From: Negativicutes bacterium
GTDB lineage: Bacteria; Bacillota; Negativicutes; UBA1444
Direction of reading: 5' to 3'
DNA: 64,000 nucleotides
Assembly (NCBI GenBank): GCA_963665275.2
Contig: CAXXIN010000016.1
Span: forward strand, 32,001 to 96,000
Shown: positions 30,897-41,620 of the stretch, in pieces
Numbering within the stretch: position 1 is the stretch's first letter
Layout of the letters: the number at the start of each line of letters is the position of its first letter
The notes under the pieces: model-generated
The model's input: the letters and a program-made list of their open reading frames with translations, nothing else
Database searches by the model: none
Told to the model about the DNA's origin: nothing
Program-made: the position numbers and the translations under genes

Positions 30897-33645
30897 ATGA
30901 AGTTGAACGGTGAATGGTACCAAAAAAATAGCACAGAAGTAGTGGAGCAACTCGGCAGTGATTTGCATAAGGGACTGCCTGACATTGAAGCGGCGCAACG
31001 CTTGGAAAAGAATGGCCCGAATGAATTGAAAGGCAAGCCGCGGGCGACAATGCTAGAAAGACTGCTGGCACAATTCAAGGATTTCCTAGTTCTGATACTG
31101 GTGGCGGCCAGTGTGGTCAGCGCATTCGTTGGCGAAGTTACTGACTCTCTGGTTATTGTCGCTATCGTTATTCTTAATGCCGCCTTGGGAGTTTTTCAGG
31201 AGTCGAAAGCGGAGAAGGCTATGGAGGCGTTGCAAAAAATGGCGGCGCCCAACTCCAAAGTGCTTCGTGACGGCACAATCCAGGTCGTGCCCAGCAGAGA
31301 GCTGGTTGTCGGTGATATCGTGCTACTAGAGGCTGGGGACTACATTCCGGCTGATGTGCGCATTTTGGAATCCATGAATTTGAAAGTGGAAGAGGCTAGC
31401 CTGACGGGTGAATCTGTGCCGGTCGAAAAAGAAACGGTTGCCATGGATCATGAAGCGTCCTTGGCAGATCGTCACAATATGGGATATATGGGCACGGTTG
31501 TTACGTACGGACGGGGACGGGCTGTTGTTATAGGAACAGGGATGGACACCGAGATCGGCAAGATTGCAGAAATGATCGACTCTTTTGAAGATCAAAGCAC
31601 ACCGTTGCAGGAAAAGCTGGCGGAGTTCGGCAAGATCCTGGGGATTCTTTGTTTGGCGGTTTGCGCTGTGGTTTTTGTTCTTGGCATCTATCAGGGATAT
31701 CGGGACGGAAACTTAACAACTGATGAAATCACGCTGTTGTTCATGACGGCAGTCAGTCTGGCTGTTGCGGCGATTCCCGAGGGTCTGCCTGCAGTGGTGA
31801 CGATTGTGCTGGCCATCGGCATGCAGCGGATGGTAAAAAAGAATTGTATCGTGAAAAAACTGCATGCTGTTGAAACTCTTGGGAGTACGACAGTCATTTG
31901 TTCGGATAAAACGGGAACGTTGACTCAAAACCAGATGACGGTTGTTCGGCTGTATGCGGATGGTGGTTTGCTGGAAGTCAGTGGTGAAGGGTACACGCCG
32001 GAAGGTGTTTTTAGCAGGGACGGCAAATTGCTGGATGTCGCGGCGGAGCCGGGACTGGCCCTCTTATTGCAAGGGTCGGCTCTCTGTAACGATGCAATCT
32101 TGCAAACTGGAGTCGAAGATAAGGGTTGGCGAATCGCCGGTGATCCTACGGAAGGGGCGCTGGTAGTTGTAGCCGCTAAGGCTGGGATTTGATCGCGATT
32201 CCAGCAATGATAAGTGGCCACGTGTCCAAGAAATTCCTTTTGATTCCTCCCGCAAGATGATGACTACCTTCCATCGGATGCCTGACGGCAGTGTGAGAGC
32301 CTTCGTCAAAGGCGCCCCGGACATTATGCTGAATCGTTGCACTCGAATTTCTACCCGTCAAAATATTACAGAACTTAACGATGCGGTTCGTGAAACGATA
32401 TTTGTTGCCAACAGTGCTATGGCGAAGCAGGCGCTGCGGGTTTTGGCGGTCGCTTATCATGACTTTCCTGAGCTCCCGGCCAATCTAGAACCGGCAGCCA
32501 TCGAGAAGGACTTGATCTTTGTCGGCCTCTTAGGGATGATCGATCCTCCCCGCGCCGAAGTTCGGGATGCGGTTGCCATTTGTGCCAAGGCCGGCATCCG
32601 GCCGATCATGATTACGGGTGATTATCGTGACACTGCGTTAGCGGTGGCGATGAATCTGGGGATAGCCCAAGGCGAACATCAGGTCGTTACTGGGCAGGAA
32701 CTTAATGCCATGTCGAAAGACGAGCTCTGTCAGGTGGTGCGAAAAGCCTCCGTATTCGCCCGTGTCTCACCGGAACACAAGGTCGCTATCGTTGAGGCAT
32801 TCCAGTGCAATCACGAAATTGCAGCGATGACGGGTGATGGCGTCAATGACGCACCAGCGCTTAAAAAAGCCGACATTGGGGTGGCGATGGGTATTACCGG
32901 TACCGATGTCACCAAAGAAACTGCAGATATGGTGCTGACAGATGATAACTTTGCCAGTATCGTGGCGGCGGTCGAAGAAGGCCGTGTCATTTTTGCCAAC
33001 ATCCGCAAGTTCGTTTTTTTCCTGCTGTCCTGTAATCTGGCTGAAATCATGGTGATCTTTTTTGCAATGCTGCTGGGATGGCCGATTCCGTTATTGCCGA
33101 TTCAGCTGCTGTGGCTCAACCTCGTTACAGACGCTTTCCCGGCCTTGGCACTGGGGATGGAAAAAGCCGAGCCCGGTGTGATGGACCAGCAACCGCGTGA
33201 CCCGCAGGAACCACTGCTGAACAAAAACATGAAAAAGATGATTGTTATTCAGAGCGGTGTGCTGACCTTCGCCGTCCTTGGCGCCTATTATTATGCATTG
33301 AACAAATTCCCGGAAGACATAGACCTAACTATGGCACGGACCTTTGCATTTACGACGATGATCTCGGCTGAACTGTTGCGGGCTTATACAACTCGATCCG
33401 AGCATCTTTCTGTGTTCAAGATCGGCCTGTTTTCCAATAAATTCATGAACCTTGGCGTTTTTGTTTCGTTTGCACTGTTGATGTTGTCTCTGTATGGACC
33501 CTTGCACGTGGTCTTCCGCACTGACACACTAGGGCTAAACGAATGGGCAGTCATTGGTGCATTCGCCATCCTTCCGTTCGCTGCAGGGGAAATCGGCAAG
33601 CAGTTCCTGGATTTGTCAGGGTGCGCAAGGAAGAAAACAGAATAA
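30897..33645 (+). CDS. P2A-type (Ca2+-type) cation-transporting ATPase with one frameshift (probably sequencing error)
   Basis: [39 protein letters not shown]. Removing one G from GGG at 32184-32186 joins both ORFs. Confidence 0.9.
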
Positions 33646-33760
33646 TAAGTGTAGATTGACTTGGTTGATAGACCCTAAGTCCGGTTTTGTTGACATGACG
33701 AATAGTTCGTCGGGTTGGCGGACCGGGCTTTTCTTTGGAAGAGAGAAAGGAGAGTTGCGA

Positions 33761-34450
33761 ATGAAGGTAGGAGTCATCGGCGCCGGGCGCATGGGTAGGA
33801 TTCTGGCAGAGCGAATAGCAGCAGATCATGATGTCGTCTTATATGATGCCAATATCCAAGGGGCGGTCGTGGTTGCTGAAGCGTTAAAATTGACGAGCGT
33901 CGACTCGCTTTCTGCGCTGAACGTTGATGCGGTAGTAATGGCTGTGCCGGACAATGCAGTGGCGCCATGTCTGACTGAACTGCACGAAAGCGGAAAAAAT
34001 TTTAACGCGTTTAGTGTAGCGACCAATATTTCCCGGGAAACCCTTGCCTCGTTCGAACGCGAGGGGGTTCGCTGCCTGAACGTCAAAATTATCGGCCATG
34101 CCGGTGAGATGGGAAGAGGCGCCAAACCGGTAATCGTGATCGACCAAGGCGATTCGGAAATGATCCGCGTGGCGCAACAACTGTTTGCGAACGTTGGGCA
34201 GGTAGTGACCGGTGATGCAGATCAGGTTAAGCTAATCAACAGTGTGGCAACGGAGGAAGCTCTGAAAGCGGCTGTGTCAATAGAAAAAGCACTAATGGCG
34301 GCCGGGATATCTGATGCGGTGATTATTCGGGGCGCTTTGTCACAAGTTGCGCCAGGCGTGCTGAAAGCTTACGCAGAAGATGACCTGGGGCCGTTTGCCC
34401 GAAAAATAGTCAAGGCGTTACGTGACAGCGCTGACAAAGAAATGGTATAA
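33761..34450 (+). CDS. NAD(P)-binding Rossmann-fold protein (ProC/F420-oxidoreductase-like N-terminus)
   Basis: MKVGVIGAGRMG; RBS aaggag. Confidence 0.75.
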   Translation: MKVGVIGAGRMGRILAERIAADHDVVLYDANIQGAVVVAEALKLTSVDSLSALNVDAVVMAVPDNAVAPCLTELHESGKNFNAFSVATNISRETLASFEREGVRCLNVKIIGHAGEMGRGAKPVIVIDQGDSEMIRVAQQLFANVGQVVTGDADQVKLINSVATEEALKAAVSIEKALMAAGISDAVIIRGALSQVAPGVLKAYAEDDLGPFARKIVKALRDSADKEMV

Positions 34451-34495
34451 TTATAAATCAATTCGCGGCGATGTTGCTGCAAAAGACTGGAGGCA

Positions 34496-35383
34496 ATGAA
34501 AATGGAACAAGGAACGTACCGGGTTAAAGCCGGTTTGGCGCAGATGCTCAAGGGTGGCGTGATCATGGATGTGACGACGCCGGAGCAAGCGAAGATTGCG
34601 GAAGAGGCCGGCGCTTGCGCCGTTATGGCGCTGGAACGTGTTCCGGCCGATATTCGGGCCGCAGGCGGCGTGGCGCGTATGGCTGACCCGACGATTGTGA
34701 AACGGATTATGGAAGCGGTGACGATTCCCGTCATGGCTAAGTCCCGAATTGGGCATTTTGTCGAGGCGCAAATTCTGGAATCCCTCGGTGTCGATTATAT
34801 TGACGAAAGCGAAGTTCTTACCCCTGCTGACGATAAATATCACATCAACAAACACCAGTTCAAAATTCCTTTTGTCTGTGGCGCCCGCAACCTTGGAGAA
34901 GCCTTGCGGCGTATCGCCGAAGGCGCGGCCATGATTCGGACGAAAGGAGAACCCGGCACCGGTAACGTGGTCGAGGCGGTTCGCCATATTCGCATGGTTA
35001 ATGCCGAAATTCGTCAGCTTACCAATCTGCCTGATGATGAAGTGCCGAACTTTGCCAAAGAAATCGGCGCCTCGCTGGAAATAGTATGGGAAGTTAAAAA
35101 ACTGGGCAAATTACCAGTGGTCAATTTTGCTGCCGGCGGGATTGCGACTCCTGCCGATGCAGCCTTGATGATGCAACTGGGCTGCGATGGAATCTTCGTC
35201 GGTTCCGGCGTGTTCAAATCCACCGATCCCGCCAAACGTGCGCGCGCGATCGTGGATGCGACCACTTATTTCAAGGATGCGCAGAAATTGGCGGAAGTGT
35301 CGGAGAATCTTGGGGAGGCGATGTCCGGCATTGAGATTGCGAACATTGCTCCGCAGGACCGGATGCAGGAACGCGGCTGGTAA
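34496..35383 (+). CDS. pdxS: Pyridoxal 5'-phosphate synthase lyase subunit
   Basis: [44 protein letters not shown]. Confidence 0.98.
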   Translation: MKMEQGTYRVKAGLAQMLKGGVIMDVTTPEQAKIAEEAGACAVMALERVPADIRAAGGVARMADPTIVKRIMEAVTIPVMAKSRIGHFVEAQILESLGVDYIDESEVLTPADDKYHINKHQFKIPFVCGARNLGEALRRIAEGAAMIRTKGEPGTGNVVEAVRHIRMVNAEIRQLTNLPDDEVPNFAKEIGASLEIVWEVKKLGKLPVVNFAAGGIATPADAALMMQLGCDGIFVGSGVFKSTDPAKRARAIVDATTYFKDAQKLAEVSENLGEAMSGIEIANIAPQDRMQERGW

Positions 35384-35388
35384 TCCTC

Positions 35389-35973
35389 ATGCAGGATGGG
35401 AAATTGCGAATCGGCGTTTTGGCTCTTCAGGGGGCATTTCGCGAACATAAGCTTATGATGGAACGTTGTGGAGCTGAAGTTGTTGAAGTTCGGAGTCCGG
35501 AGCAACTCGACGACATGAGCGGTCTGATTATTCCTGGCGGCGAGAGCACCACGATTGGCAAGATGATGGTGCGGTGGGGCTTGCTGGAAAAGATTCGCGA
35601 ACGACACGCAGCGGGAATGGGGATCTACGGAACTTGCGCCGGAATGATTCTACTGGCGAGGGATATCGTCGGCAGCGATCAGCCGAGGCTTGATCTCATG
35701 GACATTCGGGTGAAACGTAACGCTTTCGGCCGTCAGCGTGAAAGTTTCGAGGCGGATCTTATGGTGCCCGAATTTGGCCCGGAGCCTTTGCGGGCAGTGT
35801 TCATTCGTGCGCCTTACGTTGAAGCTGCGGGACCGGCTGTGCAGGTACTGGCCCGAGTGAATGACAAAATTGTGATTGCCCGTCAGGGTCGGTTGCTGGT
35901 GACGGCGTTCCACCCAGAGCTCACGCACAGTGATCAAGTGCATCGATATTTCATGAAAATGTTGCAAGAATGA
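35389..35973 (+). CDS. pdxT: PLP synthase glutaminase subunit
   Basis: GVLALQG, PGGEST, GTCAG, FHPE; follows pdxS. Confidence 0.97.
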   Translation: MQDGKLRIGVLALQGAFREHKLMMERCGAEVVEVRSPEQLDDMSGLIIPGGESTTIGKMMVRWGLLEKIRERHAAGMGIYGTCAGMILLARDIVGSDQPRLDLMDIRVKRNAFGRQRESFEADLMVPEFGPEPLRAVFIRAPYVEAAGPAVQVLARVNDKIVIARQGRLLVTAFHPELTHSDQVHRYFMKMLQE

Positions 35974-36035
35974 GCAGGTTAAAGCCGCCAGATTCCTTTG
36001 GGACTGGCGGCTTTTGACCGGCAGGAGGCGGAACT

Positions 36036-37379
36036 GTGGCCGAAGAATGTGTAATGGCGCAGGTTTTAATGGCTGGTTGGAACGATTTCTCCCTGTCTAA
36101 GGAGCGATTCAGGCAAATAGCCACAGACTTTGCGGCGGCAATGGACGACGGACTAAACGGCCGCCCCTCGCCGCTCCAGATGCTGCCGGCATTTGTCGGT
36201 CGACCCGCTGGAAATGAGAGTGGAAAATATCTGGCTTTAGATTTCGGCGGCACCAATCTGCGAGTGGCGGAGGTTGAACTATGTGGCACAAAAAAACCTC
36301 GCATCAGCAAAATGCATAAATTATCGCTAAAGCAAGCAGAGGGCGGTGTAGACTACACTTCGGCAGACGTCGACGTCGACACTCTGTTCGATTTTATCGC
36401 GCAGCAGATTGCGATAGTTGACAATGGTACGGAAGCATTGCTGCTTGGTCATTCTTTTTCCTATGCAAGCGAGCAGACTTCGCTCGGAAGGGCTAAGCTT
36501 GTCGGATGGACGAAAGAAATCAAAGTTACCGGTGTGGCCGGGCAGGATATAAACGGGCTGCTAACTGCCGCATTAGCACGCCAATCCATTGGCAACATCC
36601 AACCAGTAGCGGTGATCAATGACACAACTGCGACCTTGTTGGCGGCTGCTTATTCGAAGCCGGAAGCTGATTTGGGCTCCGTTTGCGGAACCGGGCACAA
36701 TACCTGCTATTATGAAGCGTTTTCGCCGCAGAAAGCTTCGACGCGGATGATGGCCTACAATAGCGAGTCCGGCGGTTTCGACAGACTTCCGTTTAGTGCA
36801 ATTGACGATCAGCTTGATGCGGACAGTGAGTACCCAGGGCAGCAACGATTGGAAAAGATGGTTGCCGGGCGCTATTTGGGGGAGCTGACGCGCCGGATAT
36901 TGCTCTCGGGGCGTAGCGACTGCGGCATGATTTTTATTGATGGATGCCCTGCTTTTCAAAGGGTTGATGGAATTTCAGGCATCGATGTGGCGGTTTTCGC
37001 TGGCGATGAAACAAAAGATCTGGCTGATATTAAGTGCTGGATTGAAAAACAATTGCCGGGATATTCGGGTGCTCTTGCTGAAAGACATTTTATCAAAGCA
37101 GTTGCCGAGATGGTTGTGGACCGTTCAGCCGCGTTGATTGCCGCATCCTACGCAGGTTTTCTCCTGCGGATGGATCCGCAGCACCGCCGGAAACATGTTA
37201 TCGGCATCAACGGATCGCTTTATGAAAAGATGCCGAGGTTCGCGGGAGGGATCCAGATGGCCTTGGAAAACTTCGGCGACTGGAATTCTGAGCAAGTGAT
37301 CTTTCACCTTGTGGATGAGGCGCCGCTCATTGGGGCGGCGATCGCGGCAGCGATGGCAAAGGACGGTGACATTTCTTGA
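36036..37379 (+). CDS. Hexokinase (eukaryote-type family)
   Basis: LALDFGGTNLRV, WTK, INDT, GTGHN, PGQQRLEKMVAGRYLGE; GTG start after AGGAGG. Confidence 0.88.
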   Translation: MAEECVMAQVLMAGWNDFSLSKERFRQIATDFAAAMDDGLNGRPSPLQMLPAFVGRPAGNESGKYLALDFGGTNLRVAEVELCGTKKPRISKMHKLSLKQAEGGVDYTSADVDVDTLFDFIAQQIAIVDNGTEALLLGHSFSYASEQTSLGRAKLVGWTKEIKVTGVAGQDINGLLTAALARQSIGNIQPVAVINDTTATLLAAAYSKPEADLGSVCGTGHNTCYYEAFSPQKASTRMMAYNSESGGFDRLPFSAIDDQLDADSEYPGQQRLEKMVAGRYLGELTRRILLSGRSDCGMIFIDGCPAFQRVDGISGIDVAVFAGDETKDLADIKCWIEKQLPGYSGALAERHFIKAVAEMVVDRSAALIAASYAGFLLRMDPQHRRKHVIGINGSLYEKMPRFAGGIQMALENFGDWNSEQVIFHLVDEAPLIGAAIAAAMAKDGDIS

Positions 37380-37951
37380 TGTTGGAACGCTGTGGGTGGT
37401 GTGTCGGTGATCCGCTATACGAGGCATATCACGATCGCGAATGGGGAGTTCCCCAGCACGATGATAAGATTCTGTTTGAGTATCTGGTGCTGGAAGGAGC
37501 GCAAGCGGGATTGAGCTGGATCACTGTGCTGAGGAAAAGACTTCGCTATCGGGAAATGATGCATAATTTTGATCCTGAATCGCTATCTTTATGGGGAGAA
37601 GTAGAAATTGCGGCCTTGATGCAGGAACCAGGGATCATCCGGAACCGTCTGAAATTGGAATCAACCGTGAAGAATGCGCGGGCGTTTCTCAATGTGCAGG
37701 AGGAATACAGCAGTTTTGACACATATATCTGGCGTTATGTTGACGGTGTCCCAGTGCAAAATACATGGCAGTCGTTGCAAGAAGTTCCTGCCCAGACGCC
37801 GGCGGCGTTGGCAATGAGTAAGGATTTAAAAAAGCGCGGCTTTAACTTTGTTGGGCCAACCATCTGCTATGCGTTCATGCAGGCTGTCGGGTTGGTGAAC
37901 GATCATCTCGTGTCCTGTTTTCGTCACAGTCAATTGAATGGTCGATCATAA
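37376..37951 (+). CDS. tag: DNA-3-methyladenine glycosylase I
   Basis: RCGW, YHDREWG, LEGAQAGLSW, IIRNRLK, FVGPT, NDHLVSC. Confidence 0.96.
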   Translation: MMLERCGWCVGDPLYEAYHDREWGVPQHDDKILFEYLVLEGAQAGLSWITVLRKRLRYREMMHNFDPESLSLWGEVEIAALMQEPGIIRNRLKLESTVKNARAFLNVQEEYSSFDTYIWRYVDGVPVQNTWQSLQEVPAQTPAALAMSKDLKKRGFNFVGPTICYAFMQAVGLVNDHLVSCFRHSQLNGRS

Positions 37952-38044
37952 AATCCTGCTGCTTTATTGCAGCAGGATTCGGAACTGCCATAGCGAAATA
38001 GTTTCAATAAGACAAAATCGATTTATGAAGGGGGCTATTGTAAA

Positions 38045-38518
38045 ATGATTGCAGGACATCTGGCTCACTGGAATACTGAAAAGCATCTCTACGCCCCGGG
38101 ACTTCAAAAAGCGATGGCGTGGCTGCAGGCAAATGACCTAGCGGCGCTTCCGACCGGTCGCCAGGAGCTTGACGGCGACAAATTATATGTGATGGTCAAC
38201 GAATATATATCAGAACCCAAAGAAAAACGGCGGGCCGAAGCACACCGGAAATACGTGGATGTGCAGTACATCGTTAAAGGCAGGGAAGTTATTGGGTATG
38301 CTCGCTTGCAGGATGGGTACGAAGTGTTGGAAGATAAGTTGGCCGAGAAAGATGTGATTTTTTATAGGAATCCGGCGGATGAATCCGATATCCTTCTGAG
38401 CGAGGGCATGTTCGGCATCTTTTTCCCATGGGATGTGCACCGCCCCAACTGTGCAGTGGGAGAGCCGGGTCCGATCCGCAAAGTGATTCTAAAAATCAGC
38501 ATGGACAGCTTGAAGTAA
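38045..38518 (+). CDS. YhcH/YjgK/YiaL family protein
   Basis: EAHRKYVDVQY, IFFPWDVHRP. Confidence 0.9.
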   Translation: MIAGHLAHWNTEKHLYAPGLQKAMAWLQANDLAALPTGRQELDGDKLYVMVNEYISEPKEKRRAEAHRKYVDVQYIVKGREVIGYARLQDGYEVLEDKLAEKDVIFYRNPADESDILLSEGMFGIFFPWDVHRPNCAVGEPGPIRKVILKISMDSLK

Positions 38519-38539
38519 TGATTATGTGATCAGAATGCA

Positions 38540-38570
38540 GAGAAGCCCCGGTTTGGCGCCGGGGCTTCTC
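38540..38570. terminator. Terminator hairpin between convergent genes
   Basis: gagaagccccgg / ccggggcttctc. Confidence 0.7.
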
Positions 38571-38598
38571 AATGAACAGATTATGGAGTTCAGGTAAT

Positions 38599-39213
38599 TT
38601 ACTTGAAAATCCCGAAGGGCTTGCCCATTGGCAGGAACGGTTTGCCGAAGTGGGTGTTCAACACGACTGCGGATGCAGCGTAGAAAGAAATCAGAGCAGT
38701 AACCATCTCGGCCATTGCGCCGATCATGTGGGTGGTGTGGGCGGCGACGCCGAAAGCATTAAGAGAAAGTGCTGCCAGCAGGACGTCGATGACGACCATA
38801 TCGGCGAAGATAACTTTGTTAACTTCCATCGCGCCGATTGTCATGAATACAGAAAAAATCAAATAGCCCAGAAATGCGAAACCCAGCTGATTGACATCGG
38901 CGGCGGCAGCCAACTCTTTGCCAAAAACCCCCATCTTCATCATCCAGCAGGTTGCGACAGCATACCAAAAGAAGGCATATGCGCCGAAGACCGTGGCGCC
39001 CCAGATGTTTTCATGCAGAAAATCGAAGATTGAGGCAATTAGCTGCGCGGTAGCACCTAAAAAAAGCGCATATACGATGACGAATGAAAGTCCGGTTGTG
39101 AGACCCAGCTTCTGTGATGAAGCGACAAAGGTCACCATGGCAAGGCCGAAAAGACCGAGTCCGGTCGGGTTGGCCACTGAAATTTTCATGTGTTGGGTGT
39201 CGTTTGCACTCAC
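38599..39213 (-). CDS. satP: Acetate uptake transporter (GPR1/FUN34/YaaH family)
   Basis: ANPTGLGLFG, FGAYAFFW; six hydrophobic segments. Confidence 0.87.
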   Translation of the reverse strand: MSANDTQHMKISVANPTGLGLFGLAMVTFVASSQKLGLTTGLSFVIVYALFLGATAQLIASIFDFLHENIWGATVFGAYAFFWYAVATCWMMKMGVFGKELAAAADVNQLGFAFLGYLIFSVFMTIGAMEVNKVIFADMVVIDVLLAALSLNAFGVAAHTTHMIGAMAEMVTALISFYAASAVVLNTHFGKPFLPMGKPFGIFK

Positions 39214-39606
39214 TTAATCATTTTCCCCCTATGAATTTAATCAAAGAATAGCAGGTTGCCGGTATAATCGTTAAAATGTTGTTGCCACGTCAGCCGTATA
39301 GGCCCAGTCTCCTTTCTTTGAGCAGGGTGCTTTTTTTACGTGTGATGATAAAAATTTTACCCCATCATTAGTATAACCAATTTCGCGTAAATAACGCAAT
39401 ATTAGCTTGAAAAAAGCTGTATTCAGAAATAAATTTGAATTTACATTAATTATCATCCGATTCCGTGAATTTTTCTCTTGGAAGAATGAAGGCACATGTG
39501 CAGGAGGAGTTTGGGATCGCGGGCGAGAAGTTGTTTTTTAGAGGTTTGGGTTAGTGGCATAGCGGAAAAATGGCAGTTGGATTGGCAGATTGGAAGGAGT
39601 ACCTCT

Positions 39607-40911
39607 ATGAATTTTCAACTCGGCGTTACATGGATGTTGGAAATATTGATCGTCCTGCTTCTCGTGGTTCTTGTTTTGCGTAGTGGCGGCAGGCAGGGGA
39701 GCGAGAGACTGGAGCGACTGATCCGGGATGAAGCTGAGCGTTCGCGCCAGCAGGCTTCGCTTAGTGATCGAGCGATTCGCGAAGAGCTGACGGCGCTGAT
39801 TCACCAATACAATGAAGCGGTTGTGAGGCGACTGAGCGAAAACTCCGGGAATCAGCTGGCACAGTTAGACAGCTTTGCAAAACAGCTCCAGCAATTAACA
39901 CAGTCGAACGAGCAGAAGCTTGAACGCATGAGGGAAACGATTCAAGTTCAACTTGGCGTGCTGCAGGAAGACAACAGCCGGAAACTCGAAGCAATGCGGC
40001 AGACCGTCGATGAGAAGCTGCACGCCACTCTCGAGAAGAGGCTGGGAGAATCATTCCAGATGGTGAGCGAGCGACTTGAGCAGGTTCACAAAGGGTTGGG
40101 CGAAATGCAGACGCTGGCAGCCGGTGTCGGGGATCTGAAAAAAGTATTGACCAATGTGAAGACTCGCGGCACGTGGGGAGAGATACAGCTGGGCGCCTTG
40201 CTCGAACAAGTTCTCGCTCCCGGCCAGTACGAATCGAATGTGGCAACGAAACCGGGGAGCGCCGAGCGGGTTGAATTCGCGATCGTGCTTCCAGGCAGAG
40301 GGGATGCCGGAAATGTCTATCTGCCGATAGACGCCAAATTTCCGCAGGAAGATTATCAACGACTGCTGGAAGCGCAAGAAATGGCAGATGTTGCGGGAGC
40401 GGAAGCTGCAGCCAAAGCGCTGGAACTTCGGATTAAGGCGGAAGCGAAAGATATTCGCGATAAATATCTCTCGCCGCCCCATACAACAGATTTTGGGATA
40501 CTGTTTTTACCGGTTGAGGGTCTCTATGCAGAAGTTCTACGGCGAACCGGGCTGTATGAGATACTGATGCGCGAATATCATGTCACCATCGCCGGTCCTA
40601 CTACGTTGGCCGCCATTCTCAACAGCCTGCAGATGGGATTCCGGACGTTGGCGATCGAGAAACGGTCCTCCGAAGTCTGGATGTTGCTCAGCGCGGTCAA
40701 AACCGAATTTGGCAAGTTCGGAGATATTCTAGATAAGACGAACAAAAAATTGCAGGAAGCAAGCAACGTGATGGATGATGCGGCGCGCAAAAGCAGGACC
40801 ATTGAACGCAAGCTCAGGGCAGTTCAGTCATTGCCTGATGCAAGCGCTGAAAAGCTGTTGGCAGAGGCAGTTGAAGCCGACGAAGGGGTGGACATTTGCC
40901 CCCCGCTATAA
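39607..40911 (+). CDS. rmuC: DNA recombination protein RmuC
   Basis: N-terminal hydrophobic segment plus coiled coil; KTRGTWGE, PIDAKFP, FLPVEGLY, GPTTL. Confidence 0.93.
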   Translation: MNFQLGVTWMLEILIVLLLVVLVLRSGGRQGSERLERLIRDEAERSRQQASLSDRAIREELTALIHQYNEAVVRRLSENSGNQLAQLDSFAKQLQQLTQSNEQKLERMRETIQVQLGVLQEDNSRKLEAMRQTVDEKLHATLEKRLGESFQMVSERLEQVHKGLGEMQTLAAGVGDLKKVLTNVKTRGTWGEIQLGALLEQVLAPGQYESNVATKPGSAERVEFAIVLPGRGDAGNVYLPIDAKFPQEDYQRLLEAQEMADVAGAEAAAKALELRIKAEAKDIRDKYLSPPHTTDFGILFLPVEGLYAEVLRRTGLYEILMREYHVTIAGPTTLAAILNSLQMGFRTLAIEKRSSEVWMLLSAVKTEFGKFGDILDKTNKKLQEASNVMDDAARKSRTIERKLRAVQSLPDASAEKLLAEAVEADEGVDICPPL

Positions 40912-40954
40912 TACAATATGGGACAACGAAAAGGAAAAAATGGGGTGGGACGAA

Positions 40955-41620
40955 ATGAAAAAAACAATTCTGGTGTTCGTTGCCATCATGGTGTTGGCGA
41001 TAGAATCCGGTAATGGCCTGAAGGTAGCCGAAGCGGTCAAAATGTTGCCGACTGGCGGAGTCTCTAATGCAGCTTGTCTCAACTATGGCATTGAAATGCG
41101 CGATGCGAAAACGGTCAAATCCTGTTTGTTGGCGACTCCGGCAGATTTTACGACTGTCGGCGACCAACCAATTTCCTGTTCGGCGAAATATTCTATCGCA
41201 TTTCGTCCTGATGGAAAAGTTGAGTACTGCACTGTGAGCAAAGATATGTCGTTCCGCCGAAATGTGCAGGATGTGGTTCCTGCCATGGCCGGAGGGCGAG
41301 CAGCTTTTTATCCCTCAGGGACGCTGGAAGTAGTGAAACTCAAGGCGACAATGCAGCTTCCTTACGCGAAAGATAGGGCGGTGGCCTGCAAGGCGGGATC
41401 GCAAGCGACTTTCCGCGCTGACGGCAACGTGGCGACTTGCTTTTTGGAGCAGGAAAGCCTCTTTTCCAGCGGGACCAAGAAAAAAACCGCCAGTACCTGC
41501 CAGGCCGGCGGACTCATTACGTTTGATGAATTCGGAGCGTTTAACGGCTGTTATCCACCTCCGCCGGTTAAGACTGCCGCACCGGCAGGAAACACAACAC
41601 AGGGAGGCCAGACAAAATGA
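40955..41620 (+). CDS. Secreted hypothetical protein with about five Cys-bracketed beta-hairpin repeats
   Basis: Signal peptide; repeated C-x6/7-F-x2-(D/S)G-x4-C units; overlaps next gene (ATGA). Confidence 0.75.
   Translation: MKKTILVFVAIMVLAIESGNGLKVAEAVKMLPTGGVSNAACLNYGIEMRDAKTVKSCLLATPADFTTVGDQPISCSAKYSIAFRPDGKVEYCTVSKDMSFRRNVQDVVPAMAGGRAAFYPSGTLEVVKLKATMQLPYAKDRAVACKAGSQATFRADGNVATCFLEQESLFSSGTKKKTASTCQAGGLITFDEFGAFNGCYPPPPVKTAAPAGNTTQGGQTK

Noticed and set aside
32181-32192. Split P-type ATPase or TGA selenocysteine read-through
   Set aside because: The continuation is in another frame, so read-through cannot explain it. One extra G restores a normal sequence.
36023-36048. SigmaH-type promoter before hexokinase
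   Set aside because: The AGGAGG is better explained as the ribosome-binding site of the GTG start at 36036.
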